A DNA stretch of 64,000 bases, from the IMG/VR virus record IMGVR_UViG_3300036820_000017, positions 1,491 through 65,490 of that record; one strand, written 5' to 3'. This DNA is from a virus (Duplodnaviria; Caudoviricetes). The translations under genes were made by a program, and so were the position numbers. A model generated the notes under the pieces. The model made no database searches. It saw nothing but the letters and a program-made list of their open reading frames with translations, and was not told the origin of the DNA. Below, piece by piece: positions 17,301 to 26,131 of the stretch; position 1 is the first letter of the stretch, and each line of letters opens with the position of its first letter.

Positions 17301-19163
17301 ATGACGCAGATCACGCTCGTCACAACGGGGCAGGGCGAATCGGCGAGCCAAGTCCCGATCGCGGACGGGCTCGGCGGGTTTACGTGGGGTGCCGGCGGCG
17401 GCGGGAGTTTCACCCCGACTGGCGACCTCGGAGGCACCAGCGGCAACACGGTCGTCGAAACGGTTCTCGGCGGCAGCAAGCCGACCGTCGTCGGCTCCAA
17501 AGAGGTCTACGCGCCAGTCGCGACAGGGACCGCTGCGACGGACTCAGCGAACCTCACGGCTGCGATCTCTGTAACTCCCGCTGGTGGCACGCTCTGGCTT
17601 GATGGGCATTACAAGGTCAATGTGGTCCCGACGTTCCCGACGTCGATCACCGTGCTCGGCCGTCAGAAGATCACCTACTCCGGACTCAGTGCACTGCCCT
17701 CTGGACCGAACTCGCTGAGCGACATCAGCGCCACAATCATTGAGCAGACCGTTGCCGGCAATGACGGCATCGATGTGACGATTACCGGCGGCACGTTCCA
17801 TATGCATGACATCTGCGTCGCCTTCTCCACGGGCCTTGCATCCACCGGCCACGGGATCAACATGGCGCCAACGACCAACGTGGTGGGAGTCTACGGAGGC
17901 TCGATCGATGGCTGCATGGTCTACGGCCACGACGGCAATCACTATGCGCTCGTGCTCAACAATGAGCTTGAGGTCACGACCCGTAACTTCCGTTGGTCGG
18001 GCGGCGGTGGCATGCTAACCATCTGCCAGGCGAGTCTTGGGTTCAACACCGGCAACAACGTCCACATTCACCCGTACGGCGTCCTCAGCGCGTCAGGCAC
18101 CGCGCACGGGTACGCGCACTCGTCGGCGGCGAACAGCGGCGCGAGCGGCATCCTGAACCTCATCACCTACGTCCGGCCGCAGGTGAACATCACCGGCGCG
18201 GCCGGGACGGCCGGGACGCAGAAGCTGTGGACCGACAGTGCGGGCGCATCCAACCCGCTGTACATCAACGTGATCGGCGCCGACCTCGAAGCGTCCGGCT
18301 ACGCGAACACGCTCGACTATGGGCCGTCGACGAACTTCATCGGCGGCACGTACGTCGCGAGCACCGCGACGATCAACCTGCTCAACTCGGTCAACACTGC
18401 GCTCGGCCCCCAGGCGCTGGCATTGGCGGGGCAGAACGCTGGGACGCAGCAGAAGACCGTCGCGATCGGCCAGGGCGCGTGCGCGGCGCAGACAACCGCG
18501 ACCGCGACCGTCGGTGTCGGCTACTTCGCGTTGAACGCGGCAACGGGAGCTCAGAACACAGCGCTTGGCTACGAGGCTGGCGGTGCGGTGGTGGCTGGTG
18601 CTGCTGGCGTGTTTATCGGTAATGCCGCTGGATACAAGGGCGCGGGCACCTCGGGGAACGCGACGGTCGCGTCGAACTATGCGACAGCGATCGGCTATCA
18701 GGCGGGTCCGGGCAGCACTGGCGATCCCGCCAGCTACGTCGCGATCGGAAAGAACGCGACGGTCGGCAGCGCCTCGAGCGGAACGCAGGTCGGCACCTAC
18801 GGCATCGCGATCGGTGCTGGCACTGCCGCACAGTACAACGGGTCTGTCGCTATCGGCGTGAACCACAGCGGCGTAGCGGCGACCGCGACGGCGCAGGACA
18901 TGATCGCGCTCGGCGGCCTCACCCACACCACCGTGTTCGGCGCCGGCTCGGGCACGTTCTCCGGCGGCGTGGTCCTCAACGGCTCAGGCTCGGCGCTGGC
19001 GACCAACGCCACGAGCGGGTTCACCTACGTCCCAACGTGCGCCGGCGCACCGACCGGAACGCCGACCCTGTATACGGGGACTGTCCCGCTCGTGTTCGAC
19101 ACCACCGATGCGCGCCTGTACGTCTACAACTCGGGAGCGTGGACTGATGCCTTCACCGCCTAG
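17301..19163 (+). CDS. fibre/spike protein: beta-helix plus YadA-head-like repeats
   Basis: DSANLTAAI...GGTLWL start of beta-helix; NTALG, TVAIG, ATAIG, YVAIG, SVAIG repeats. Confidence 0.75.
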   Translation: MTQITLVTTGQGESASQVPIADGLGGFTWGAGGGGSFTPTGDLGGTSGNTVVETVLGGSKPTVVGSKEVYAPVATGTAATDSANLTAAISVTPAGGTLWLDGHYKVNVVPTFPTSITVLGRQKITYSGLSALPSGPNSLSDISATIIEQTVAGNDGIDVTITGGTFHMHDICVAFSTGLASTGHGINMAPTTNVVGVYGGSIDGCMVYGHDGNHYALVLNNELEVTTRNFRWSGGGGMLTICQASLGFNTGNNVHIHPYGVLSASGTAHGYAHSSAANSGASGILNLITYVRPQVNITGAAGTAGTQKLWTDSAGASNPLYINVIGADLEASGYANTLDYGPSTNFIGGTYVASTATINLLNSVNTALGPQALALAGQNAGTQQKTVAIGQGACAAQTTATATVGVGYFALNAATGAQNTALGYEAGGAVVAGAAGVFIGNAAGYKGAGTSGNATVASNYATAIGYQAGPGSTGDPASYVAIGKNATVGSASSGTQVGTYGIAIGAGTAAQYNGSVAIGVNHSGVAATATAQDMIALGGLTHTTVFGAGSGTFSGGVVLNGSGSALATNATSGFTYVPTCAGAPTGTPTLYTGTVPLVFDTTDARLYVYNSGAWTDAFTA

Positions 19164-19323
19164 CCCGGTCAGCGTCTCGACCGCCAAGATCGCGCTCGCG
19201 GCGATGGGCAACCTGACGCTCACCGTCGGCGCCCCAGACTTCGATCAGGCGCTCGCTGACGTGCTCCGCGCCCGCCAGGAACTCCAGGCGATCATCGACA
19301 GCGCAGGACCACCAGCCAGCTAG
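19147..19323 (+). CDS. small hypothetical protein (possible fibre chaperone)
   Basis: ATG after GGGAG; follows the fibre gene. Confidence 0.45.
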   Translation: MPSPPSPVSVSTAKIALAAMGNLTLTVGAPDFDQALADVLRARQELQAIIDSAGPPAS

Positions 19324-19390
19324 CGGCTGAGAGCGCGGACTGCAATCCGCGCCCCCAGCCTGTCGCAGCCCCCGTGAAGGGAGGGCCACG

Positions 19391-20308
19391 ATGCGGACCA
19401 GACTTGCCCGATGGACGCTCCTTGCCGCCAGCGCGGGAGCTTTTGCAACGGTTCTCCTGATCAAACCTGCCGCGACCCCCGACCCGTGGAACCGCGGGAT
19501 CGGCCCAATCCGGCCAGCCAGCAGCGTGACCGCCAGCGCGTGGGATCGGCCAGCGATGACCAGCCCGATAACAGTCGTGTTATCAGACAGCAACCGGAAT
19601 CTGAAGCTCAGCCAAACCCAGGACTACATCCTGCAGTGCGTCAACCCCGAAACGGTCACGTGGGGACTCGTCGTCTGGGGCGGCCACAACATCGAACTCC
19701 AAGACTGCGACTGGGACAACAGCGCCGCCAGCTACGGCGCGCAATTCAAAGATCAGACCGGCACGCTGTACCTCCACGACGACCACTTCGCCGGCCCAGC
19801 ACTAGCCGAGGGCATCGACCTGCAAGAGCCCGGGAACGTCACCGTCGTGATGCGCGACATCCTGATCGACACCGTCCACGGATCGCAGTCCACCAACCAC
19901 GCCGACTGCCTCCAACTCTGGTCCGGGCCGCAACGACTCCTCGTCGACGGGTTCACGTGCACCACCACATATCAGGGGTTCTTCCTGCTGCCGAACAACC
20001 AGGACGCCAGCACGATCGAGAGTATCTACGACTTCCGGAACGTCAACATTCACGCCACCGGCGCGTACCCATGGACGCTCGCGGACGTCGGCCCGAGCTA
20101 CCTCGGCACCGTTGACCTGTGGACGCAGAACATCTGGGTCGACGGCGCCGGCGAACCGCGCATGTACCCGGGCGATGACGGGTTCGAGGACGTGCAGACC
20201 GGGACGCCACCGTACGGCGATTTCGTGACCGCCGCGTCAACCGGTGCGACCGGTGTCGACGAGCCAGCGAACGGGATCGATCCCGCGCCGCTACTCGGCG
20301 AGCAGTAG
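19391..20308 (+). CDS. secreted/anchored pectin-lyase-fold protein
   Basis: N-terminal hydrophobic signal; HADCLQ beta-helix motif. Confidence 0.7.
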   Translation: MRTRLARWTLLAASAGAFATVLLIKPAATPDPWNRGIGPIRPASSVTASAWDRPAMTSPITVVLSDSNRNLKLSQTQDYILQCVNPETVTWGLVVWGGHNIELQDCDWDNSAASYGAQFKDQTGTLYLHDDHFAGPALAEGIDLQEPGNVTVVMRDILIDTVHGSQSTNHADCLQLWSGPQRLLVDGFTCTTTYQGFFLLPNNQDASTIESIYDFRNVNIHATGAYPWTLADVGPSYLGTVDLWTQNIWVDGAGEPRMYPGDDGFEDVQTGTPPYGDFVTAASTGATGVDEPANGIDPAPLLGEQ

Positions 20309-20328
20309 CACCGATCACAGGGGGAGCG

Positions 20329-20613
20329 ATGCTGACGATTCTCGCCGCGTGCTTCTCGATGTTCGTCCGTGACGGGCTCGGGACGATGCTGACCGTCGCC
20401 GAGGCGCGCGGCCAGGCCATCCTGGCGGGCGCGATGGACGCGTTCGGTGACATCGCGAGCATCGCCGTCACCTACTTCGGTCTGGACGCGCTGCTCACCC
20501 ACGGCCTGGACGCGCACACGATCCTGCTGCTCGCCTGCATTTTCCTGACGTCGTTCGCAGGGACGACGATGTGGACGAAGGTCAGCCGCCGGATCCCCGA
20601 GGTCGGGCTATGA
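20329..20613 (+). CDS. small membrane protein
   Basis: about three hydrophobic segments. Confidence 0.7.
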   Translation: MLTILAACFSMFVRDGLGTMLTVAEARGQAILAGAMDAFGDIASIAVTYFGLDALLTHGLDAHTILLLACIFLTSFAGTTMWTKVSRRIPEVGL

Positions 20614-21020
20614 CCGCCCGGCGCAGCATCGCCCGCGAACTGATGCTCGGCGCCGCGATCGCCGCGCTCGGGACGCTCCTGATCGTCGCCGCGATCGTGC
20701 TGTGGCACTGGCTGCGGAGCATCGGCTGGCTGTGGCATCCCCTCGGCGAATGCGTCGGCACGCCAGCCGCCGTCGTGCGATGCCGCTCATATAACTGGTG
20801 GAGTGGCCTGTCGGGCTCGGACATCACCGTCCCGTTCAGCACGATCTTCGCGGTGACCGTCTGGTACCTGCACCACCAGTGCGAAGAGCCCGGCTGCCTA
20901 CGGATGGGCCACCCGCACAACGAGCACGGACGCCCAGTCTGCCGCTCGCACTACCTCACCCATCAGCCACCTCAGGCCGGAGACCCCGCCATGCCGACAA
21001 CTGCACACGATGAGCGATGA
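20610..21020 (+). CDS. membrane protein with C-terminal Cys/His cluster
   Basis: TM segments; C..PGC.R.GHP...VC..H. Confidence 0.65.
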   Translation: MTARRSIARELMLGAAIAALGTLLIVAAIVLWHWLRSIGWLWHPLGECVGTPAAVVRCRSYNWWSGLSGSDITVPFSTIFAVTVWYLHHQCEEPGCLRMGHPHNEHGRPVCRSHYLTHQPPQAGDPAMPTTAHDER

Positions 21021-21321
21021 TGTGGAAACCCGGCTCGCGAGGGTGGAACAGCGTGTCTCCGACATCGACGCGCGGCTGATTGCGATGGTCCCGGTCACCG
21101 CGAGCGTCATCCAGCTCACCGAACGCGTCGAGGTGCTCCGCCGCGACTTGCGCGGATACGCGTCGCAGGTCTCCAAGCTTGACGACGAGATCGAGCAGCG
21201 CGAACGCGAAACGCGGCAGGAACGCCGGCAGGCCCGCGCGGCGATGTGGGGGCTGACCGCAACGATCGTCGCTGCGCTGATCGTCGCTGCCGTGACGATC
21301 CTCACCTCCGGAGTGCACTGA
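21010..21321 (+). CDS. coiled-coil protein with C-terminal TM (lysis accessory-like)
   Basis: RLARVEQRV heptads; C-terminal TM. Confidence 0.7.
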   Translation: MSDDVETRLARVEQRVSDIDARLIAMVPVTASVIQLTERVEVLRRDLRGYASQVSKLDDEIEQRERETRQERRQARAAMWGLTATIVAALIVAAVTILTSGVH

Positions 21322-21632
21322 TGCATGAGCCGACATCAAACCGGATGCTGCTCTTGGGGTTTATCGCGCTTGCGCTCGCGCTGCTCGCAGTGATCGTCGG
21401 CGGCACGCTCTTGTTCATCCGCATCCAGAACCAGTCGGCCAGCCAAACCCAGTTGCAGCGCGTTCAGGCCGATAGCTGCCACGTCTTCCAGTTCGTGGAT
21501 CAGCGATTCCTCGCGCCGACGAAGACCGAGACCGCCGCGCAAAAGCAGGTCACCGCCGAGTTCGCAGGCCAGTTGCATCAGGCGGTCGCGGACTGCGTGC
21601 GGGCCGGCTATTCCGTGTTGCCGCCGCGCTGA
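21321..21632 (+). CDS. N-terminally anchored membrane protein
   Basis: TM helix followed by domain with two Cys. Confidence 0.65.
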   Translation: MHEPTSNRMLLLGFIALALALLAVIVGGTLLFIRIQNQSASQTQLQRVQADSCHVFQFVDQRFLAPTKTETAAQKQVTAEFAGQLHQAVADCVRAGYSVLPPR

Positions 21633-21664
21633 AGCTCCACAAGCCCTAGCCGGAAAGGACCCCC

Positions 21665-22246
21665 ATGGCCAAGCTGTCCACTGCCGATCGTAAGGCGCTG
21701 CCCGCCAGCGACTTCGTTTTCCCCGACACCCGCGCGTACCCGATCAATGATGAGGGTCACGCCCGTGACGCGCTCGCTCGCTCCAGCGGCAAGCCGGAGG
21801 AGGCGAAGGTCCGCGCCGCGGTGAAGCGCCGCTATCCCGGGATGGACGTCGCGAAATGGGAGATCCCGCTGTGGAAGGACGACAGCAAGCGGATCGTGTA
21901 CGGCGTCGTCCTGAACCCCGGGATGCCCGACAGCCAGGGCGACATCGTCGAGCCGGAGGACATCGAGACGGCCGCTCACCGGTGGCTGACCCGGTACCGC
22001 AAGCACGACGTCCAGCACGGCGAGATCACCACCAACTTCGACGGGCAGCCGATCGCGGAGGTCGTCGAGTCCTACATCGCGCCGGCTGACATGGAGATCG
22101 CCGGCGAGCAGGTCCTCAAGGGCGCATGGGTGCTCGCAGCGAAGGTGCATGACGCGGTGACGTGGGAGGGGATCCAGAAGGGCGAGCTGACCGGCTGGAG
22201 CGTCGGTGGGTCGGGGATTCGCGAGCCGGTCGCGGCCGCCGCTTAG
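21665..22246 (+). CDS. XkdF-like prohead serine protease domain with extra N-terminal domain
   Basis: KRIVYGVVL.P..PDSQGD...IETAAH...DVQH...VVESYIAP...KGELTGWSVGG. Confidence 0.85.
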   Translation: MAKLSTADRKALPASDFVFPDTRAYPINDEGHARDALARSSGKPEEAKVRAAVKRRYPGMDVAKWEIPLWKDDSKRIVYGVVLNPGMPDSQGDIVEPEDIETAAHRWLTRYRKHDVQHGEITTNFDGQPIAEVVESYIAPADMEIAGEQVLKGAWVLAAKVHDAVTWEGIQKGELTGWSVGGSGIREPVAAAA

Positions 22247-22251
22247 CGGTT

Positions 22252-22268
22252 GCGCCGATAGACGGGAG
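22252..22268 (+). promoter_or_regulatory. GCGCCGATA box, copy 4
   Basis: GCGCCGATAGACGGGAG; GCCGATAG ends 8 nt before ATG 22270, heading the glycosylation cassette. Confidence 0.6.
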
Positions 22269-22269
22269 C

Positions 22270-22650
22270 ATGACCCCACAACGGTTTCAGAACGGCGGCG
22301 ATCCTCTCGGTCGCGCGCTCGAGCAGGCGAAGGCTCAGCAGCGGGCGCAGGAGCAGATGCAGCAGGTGATGCTGAACGCGCTGAACGCGCCGCACACCCT
22401 TGAGGTGACGCAGATCAGCTTGGCGGTTCTCGCGCCGGGCGAGCCGGGGCAGGCGCGCGTGTTGATGGTCGCGACCCCGGACGGGAAGCGCCGCGACATC
22501 GTGCTGAGCCCGCAGGCGCTCGCCGCGATCGCTCAGGCCGCCAGCGAGCAGGCCGCGGTCCAGGCGCAGGAGCAGACGGCCGCGGTCGATGAGGCTGTCG
22601 CCGCTGCCGTCCCGGATGAGTCTCAGGCCGACGCGGGGCTCGCCGCGTGA
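22270..22650 (+). CDS. hypothetical Gln/Ala-rich protein
   Basis: ATG 22270; GTGA overlap with next gene. Confidence 0.7.
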   Translation: MTPQRFQNGGDPLGRALEQAKAQQRAQEQMQQVMLNALNAPHTLEVTQISLAVLAPGEPGQARVLMVATPDGKRRDIVLSPQALAAIAQAASEQAAVQAQEQTAAVDEAVAAAVPDESQADAGLAA

Positions 22651-23690
22651 AAGTTCGCGTCCACCCCGGCGACCAGCGGGGAGTGGGCTTTTGCCGCATG
22701 ACGTGGCCGGCGCAGGCCGCGCAACGCGAAGGCATCGACATTGAGATCGCCGACGGCGTGCCGATCCTCCGGCGCCCCAGCCCGCGAGGCGACCTCATCA
22801 AAGCCGCGCCACTCGACGCGGACGTGCTCGTGTTCCAGCGGATCAGCGACCCCGAGGTTCTCGCGATCATCCCCGACCTTCAGGCTCGCGGGCACGCGAT
22901 CGTGGTCGACGTCGACGACGACCTGCATAGCGTCCCGAAGACGAACGCCGCCTATGGGTTTGAGCGGCCGCGGAACGTGCTGAAGGCGTGCGCGCTCGCG
23001 GATCTCGTGACCGTCACCACCCCGGCATTGGCTCGCCGGTATGCGCCGCATGGCCGCGTCGCGATCCTCCCGAACTGCGTCCCCGAAGCGGTCCTGTACC
23101 TGCCCAGGGATAGCGACGGGCGGACGGTCGGATGGGGCGGCTGGGCTGGCTCGCATCCCGGCGACCTGGAGATCACGCGCGGTGGTGTCGCCGACGCGGT
23201 CGACCGCGCCGACGCGAGGTTTCATGTCGTCGGTCCTGCTGACTATGTCGCGGAGCGTCTCGGGCTGAGCTGCGAGCCGACCGCGACCGGCCCGTTGATG
23301 AACGTCGCTGGCTACGAGTTCGAGCGGGCGCTCGGCGCGCTGGATGTCGGGATCGTCCCGTTGGCGGACACGACGTTCAACCAGGCGAAAAGCACGCTGA
23401 AGGGCTTGCAGTACGCCGCGCGGGGTGTCGCGTTCGTCGCATCGCCGGTCGCGGAGTATCAGCGGCTCGCCGGCGACGGGATCGGCGTGACAGCGGGATG
23501 GCGGTCGCGTAGCTGGCGCGGCCGGATCCTGGAGTTGCTGACCGACGATCACCGCCGCAACGAGCTCGCCGCCCAAGCGAAGGCGCTCGTCGCTGAGCGT
23601 CACACCTACGAGGGGAACGCATGGCGATGGGCTGAGGCGTGGTCAGAGGCGCTTGCTCGTCGCCGGTCGCTCGGGAGGGCCGCAGCGTGA
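22647..23690 (+). CDS. GT-B fold glycosyltransferase
   Basis: VVDVDDDL, LVTVTTPALA, DVGIVPL...FN.AKS.LK.LQY. Confidence 0.85.
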   Translation: MKVRVHPGDQRGVGFCRMTWPAQAAQREGIDIEIADGVPILRRPSPRGDLIKAAPLDADVLVFQRISDPEVLAIIPDLQARGHAIVVDVDDDLHSVPKTNAAYGFERPRNVLKACALADLVTVTTPALARRYAPHGRVAILPNCVPEAVLYLPRDSDGRTVGWGGWAGSHPGDLEITRGGVADAVDRADARFHVVGPADYVAERLGLSCEPTATGPLMNVAGYEFERALGALDVGIVPLADTTFNQAKSTLKGLQYAARGVAFVASPVAEYQRLAGDGIGVTAGWRSRSWRGRILELLTDDHRRNELAAQAKALVAERHTYEGNAWRWAEAWSEALARRRSLGRAAA

Positions 23691-24181
23691 AGATCGTCGT
23701 CCCGTACACGAAGCTGAGTGTCGAGACCGAGGAGGCGCTCGCCGGACTCAGGGTCGAGTACGTCGACGTCAGCGCCGAGCTCACCAGCTACTTCGATCTG
23801 CTCAACGAGTTGTGGCTCGCGTGCGAGGACCTGATCATCGTCGAGCAGGACATCGTGATCAACGGCGGCACGATCCCCGGGTTCATTCGCTGCAACAGCC
23901 TGTGGTGCGCCGCCCCGTACCCGTACCTGGGTGCTGGCGTATACGCCGGTCTGGGGTGCGTGCGGTTCCGCAAGGCGCTGATGGAAGCGCACCCCGACCT
24001 GATGGCCGATGTCGCGACCCACGACTACCCGGGTCACAGTCCGATGCACTGGTGCACGCTCGACGCCGCGATCCAACGGGAGTTGTGGGCGCGCCGCCGG
24101 CATGCGTGCTGTAACCATCGGCCCGTCGGGCATCTGCATGACTGGCCGACTCACGGCTGTGTGGAGGGCGCGCCCGCATGA
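23687..24181 (+). CDS. GT-A-like glycosyltransferase
   Basis: IIVEQDI; GLGCVRF. Confidence 0.65.
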   Translation: MKIVVPYTKLSVETEEALAGLRVEYVDVSAELTSYFDLLNELWLACEDLIIVEQDIVINGGTIPGFIRCNSLWCAAPYPYLGAGVYAGLGCVRFRKALMEAHPDLMADVATHDYPGHSPMHWCTLDAAIQRELWARRRHACCNHRPVGHLHDWPTHGCVEGAPA

Positions 24182-24257
24182 GTCGCGCTCGACCGGGTCA
24201 CCGGCACCGGTGGCAGACGTCGCGATCCCACTGCAACTCCCGCGATAGGAGCCGTCC

Positions 24258-24470
24258 ATGACCGACTGGGCAGTGATCACCACCAGCCCGTATGGCGGAC
24301 GCCCGGCCTACGCCTACTACGCGTTTGACGAGTCAGCCGACGATCAGGCCGGTAAGCCGTTCGACGAGCAGACCGCCCGGCAGCTGGCGGCCAACATCAA
24401 CCAGTTTCATCAGACGCGCGGGTGGGCGTACGCGCTGCCGCTCCAACAGACCCTCCAGCCGGGGGTGTGA
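24258..24470 (+). CDS. hypothetical protein
   Basis: SD AGGAG. Confidence 0.6.
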   Translation: MTDWAVITTSPYGGRPAYAYYAFDESADDQAGKPFDEQTARQLAANINQFHQTRGWAYALPLQQTLQPGV

Positions 24471-24664
24471 CCGTGGCGTCCAGCGAAGCTAAGCAGCTTG
24501 CCGAGGACGCGCTGAAGTGCGCGCAGGCCGCCAACGGGGCGATGAACGAGATCGACCAGGCGGCGTTGCCGAAGGGCGTCTGGGATGTCCTGTACCAGCA
24601 GAACGAGGCGATCAGCCAACTGGCGATCGGGCTGCTGTTCCTAGCGAGCGAGCGGAACGGATGA
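24467..24664 (+). CDS. hypothetical protein
   Basis: GTGA overlap. Confidence 0.55.
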   Translation: MTVASSEAKQLAEDALKCAQAANGAMNEIDQAALPKGVWDVLYQQNEAISQLAIGLLFLASERNG

Positions 24665-24903
24665 AATCGCTTCGCGGCTGCGCTCGCTGTGGCGGCGCGC
24701 ACGTCGACACGATCGAGTGGCGCCTACTCACGCGGCCGATCATCGACGGCGACGGCACGACATGGACGCACTGGTGCCCGTGCCCGACCAACGGCGAGCC
24801 GATCCTCATGCGGAAGGCCCCAACGGTCACAGGCTCGACTCCGGGCACGCCCGCGAACCCGATCATCGTAAACATGACCATTCGGCCGCCGGAGAACACA
24901 TGA
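24661..24903 (+). CDS. zinc-binding-like hypothetical protein
   Basis: CARCG...H, CPCPTNGEPIL; C-terminal GTPANPIIV. Confidence 0.6.
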   Translation: MKSLRGCARCGGAHVDTIEWRLLTRPIIDGDGTTWTHWCPCPTNGEPILMRKAPTVTGSTPGTPANPIIVNMTIRPPENT

Positions 24904-25559
24904 GCATCGCGGTTCTCACCCCGTCTCGCAGCCGCCCCGCCCAACTCGTCGAGATGGTCGAGGCGATCCACCGCACCGCGTGGGAACCAGTCGCCATCTA
25001 CGTCGGCCTCGACGACGACGACGCCGAGAACTACACGCTGCCGGTCGGCGTGACATGTCTCATCCGGCCGCGGATGCAGCTGGCACCATGGACGAACCTG
25101 CTCGCCGATCAGGCGCTCGCTGACGGCCACGAGATCCTCGCGTCGTTCGGGGATGACCACCGTCCCCGCACCTCCGGGTGGGACGCGATCGTCCAGACGA
25201 CGTTCGAGGTGATGGGCCCCGGGCTGGTGTACACCCGCGACGGCCTCCAAGACGAACGGCTACCCACCGCACCGTTCTGGTCCGCCGACATCATCCGCGC
25301 GCTCGGCTGGTACTTCCCGCCCGGCCAAAAGCACCTGTACGCCGACGACTTCTGGCTCGCGTTCGCCCGCGCGCTCGACCGCCGCCGGTACCTCCCGAAC
25401 GTCCTCATCGAGCACCTGCACCCGAGCGCCGGGAAGGCCGAGGCGGACGCGATCAACGCCGACAACGACTCGCACTACGACGCCGACCGCCAAGCATTCG
25501 AGGCGTACCTCGCCGACGGGTTCGCTGCCGATGTCGAGCGCGTCAAGGCGGCGCTCTAG
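24900..25559 (+). CDS. GT2-like glycosyltransferase
   Basis: VLTPSRSRP, GDDH, HLYADD, IEHLHP. Confidence 0.8.
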   Translation: MSIAVLTPSRSRPAQLVEMVEAIHRTAWEPVAIYVGLDDDDAENYTLPVGVTCLIRPRMQLAPWTNLLADQALADGHEILASFGDDHRPRTSGWDAIVQTTFEVMGPGLVYTRDGLQDERLPTAPFWSADIIRALGWYFPPGQKHLYADDFWLAFARALDRRRYLPNVLIEHLHPSAGKAEADAINADNDSHYDADRQAFEAYLADGFAADVERVKAAL

Positions 25560-26131
25560 TGGAGGTCCAGTTCTTCGAGCCCGGCACCGTCCCGGAGTGG
25601 ACGACCCCGGAGTGGTATGCACAGCGGGAACGCGCGCCGCACCTCGAGCAGGACGGCCACCGCGACCGACTGTTCCTCGCCGCCGACTTCGTGAACAGCT
25701 TCGAGATGGACCCCGCCGCGTACACGGTCTCTGACATGGGCTGCGGAGATGGCGGCCTGCTGTCGCTGCTGACCGAGTGCTTCTACTGCTGGGGGTATGA
25801 CCTTCAGCCGTCCAACGTGGAGGGCGCCCGAGAGCGCGGCGTCGATGTCCGTCTCGGGAACGCGCTCACCGACGATGTGGAGTGGGGCGACGTCGCGGTC
25901 TGCACCGAAGTGCTCGAACACCTGATCGACCCGCACGCGTTCGTCCGCAACATCCCGTCGCGCGTCCTCATCGCCTCGTCGCCAGACGGCGAAACACTCG
26001 ACCAGCGCTACGAATTCCACACCTTCGGCTGGGACATGGACGGGTATCGCGCGCTGATCGAACAGGGCGGCTACCGCGTCGTCAGACACGAGTCGATCGG
26101 CTTCCAAGTCCTGATGGGAGTACGCGAATGA
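25559..26131 (+). CDS. class I SAM-dependent methyltransferase
   Basis: DMGCGDG; CTEVLEHL.DP. Confidence 0.85.
   Translation: MEVQFFEPGTVPEWTTPEWYAQRERAPHLEQDGHRDRLFLAADFVNSFEMDPAAYTVSDMGCGDGGLLSLLTECFYCWGYDLQPSNVEGARERGVDVRLGNALTDDVEWGDVAVCTEVLEHLIDPHAFVRNIPSRVLIASSPDGETLDQRYEFHTFGWDMDGYRALIEQGGYRVVRHESIGFQVLMGVRE

Noticed and set aside
14934-19163. Invertible fibre shufflon driven by the extra recombinases
   Set aside because: All fibre genes are on one strand and no inverted crossover sites or silent reversed cassettes were found
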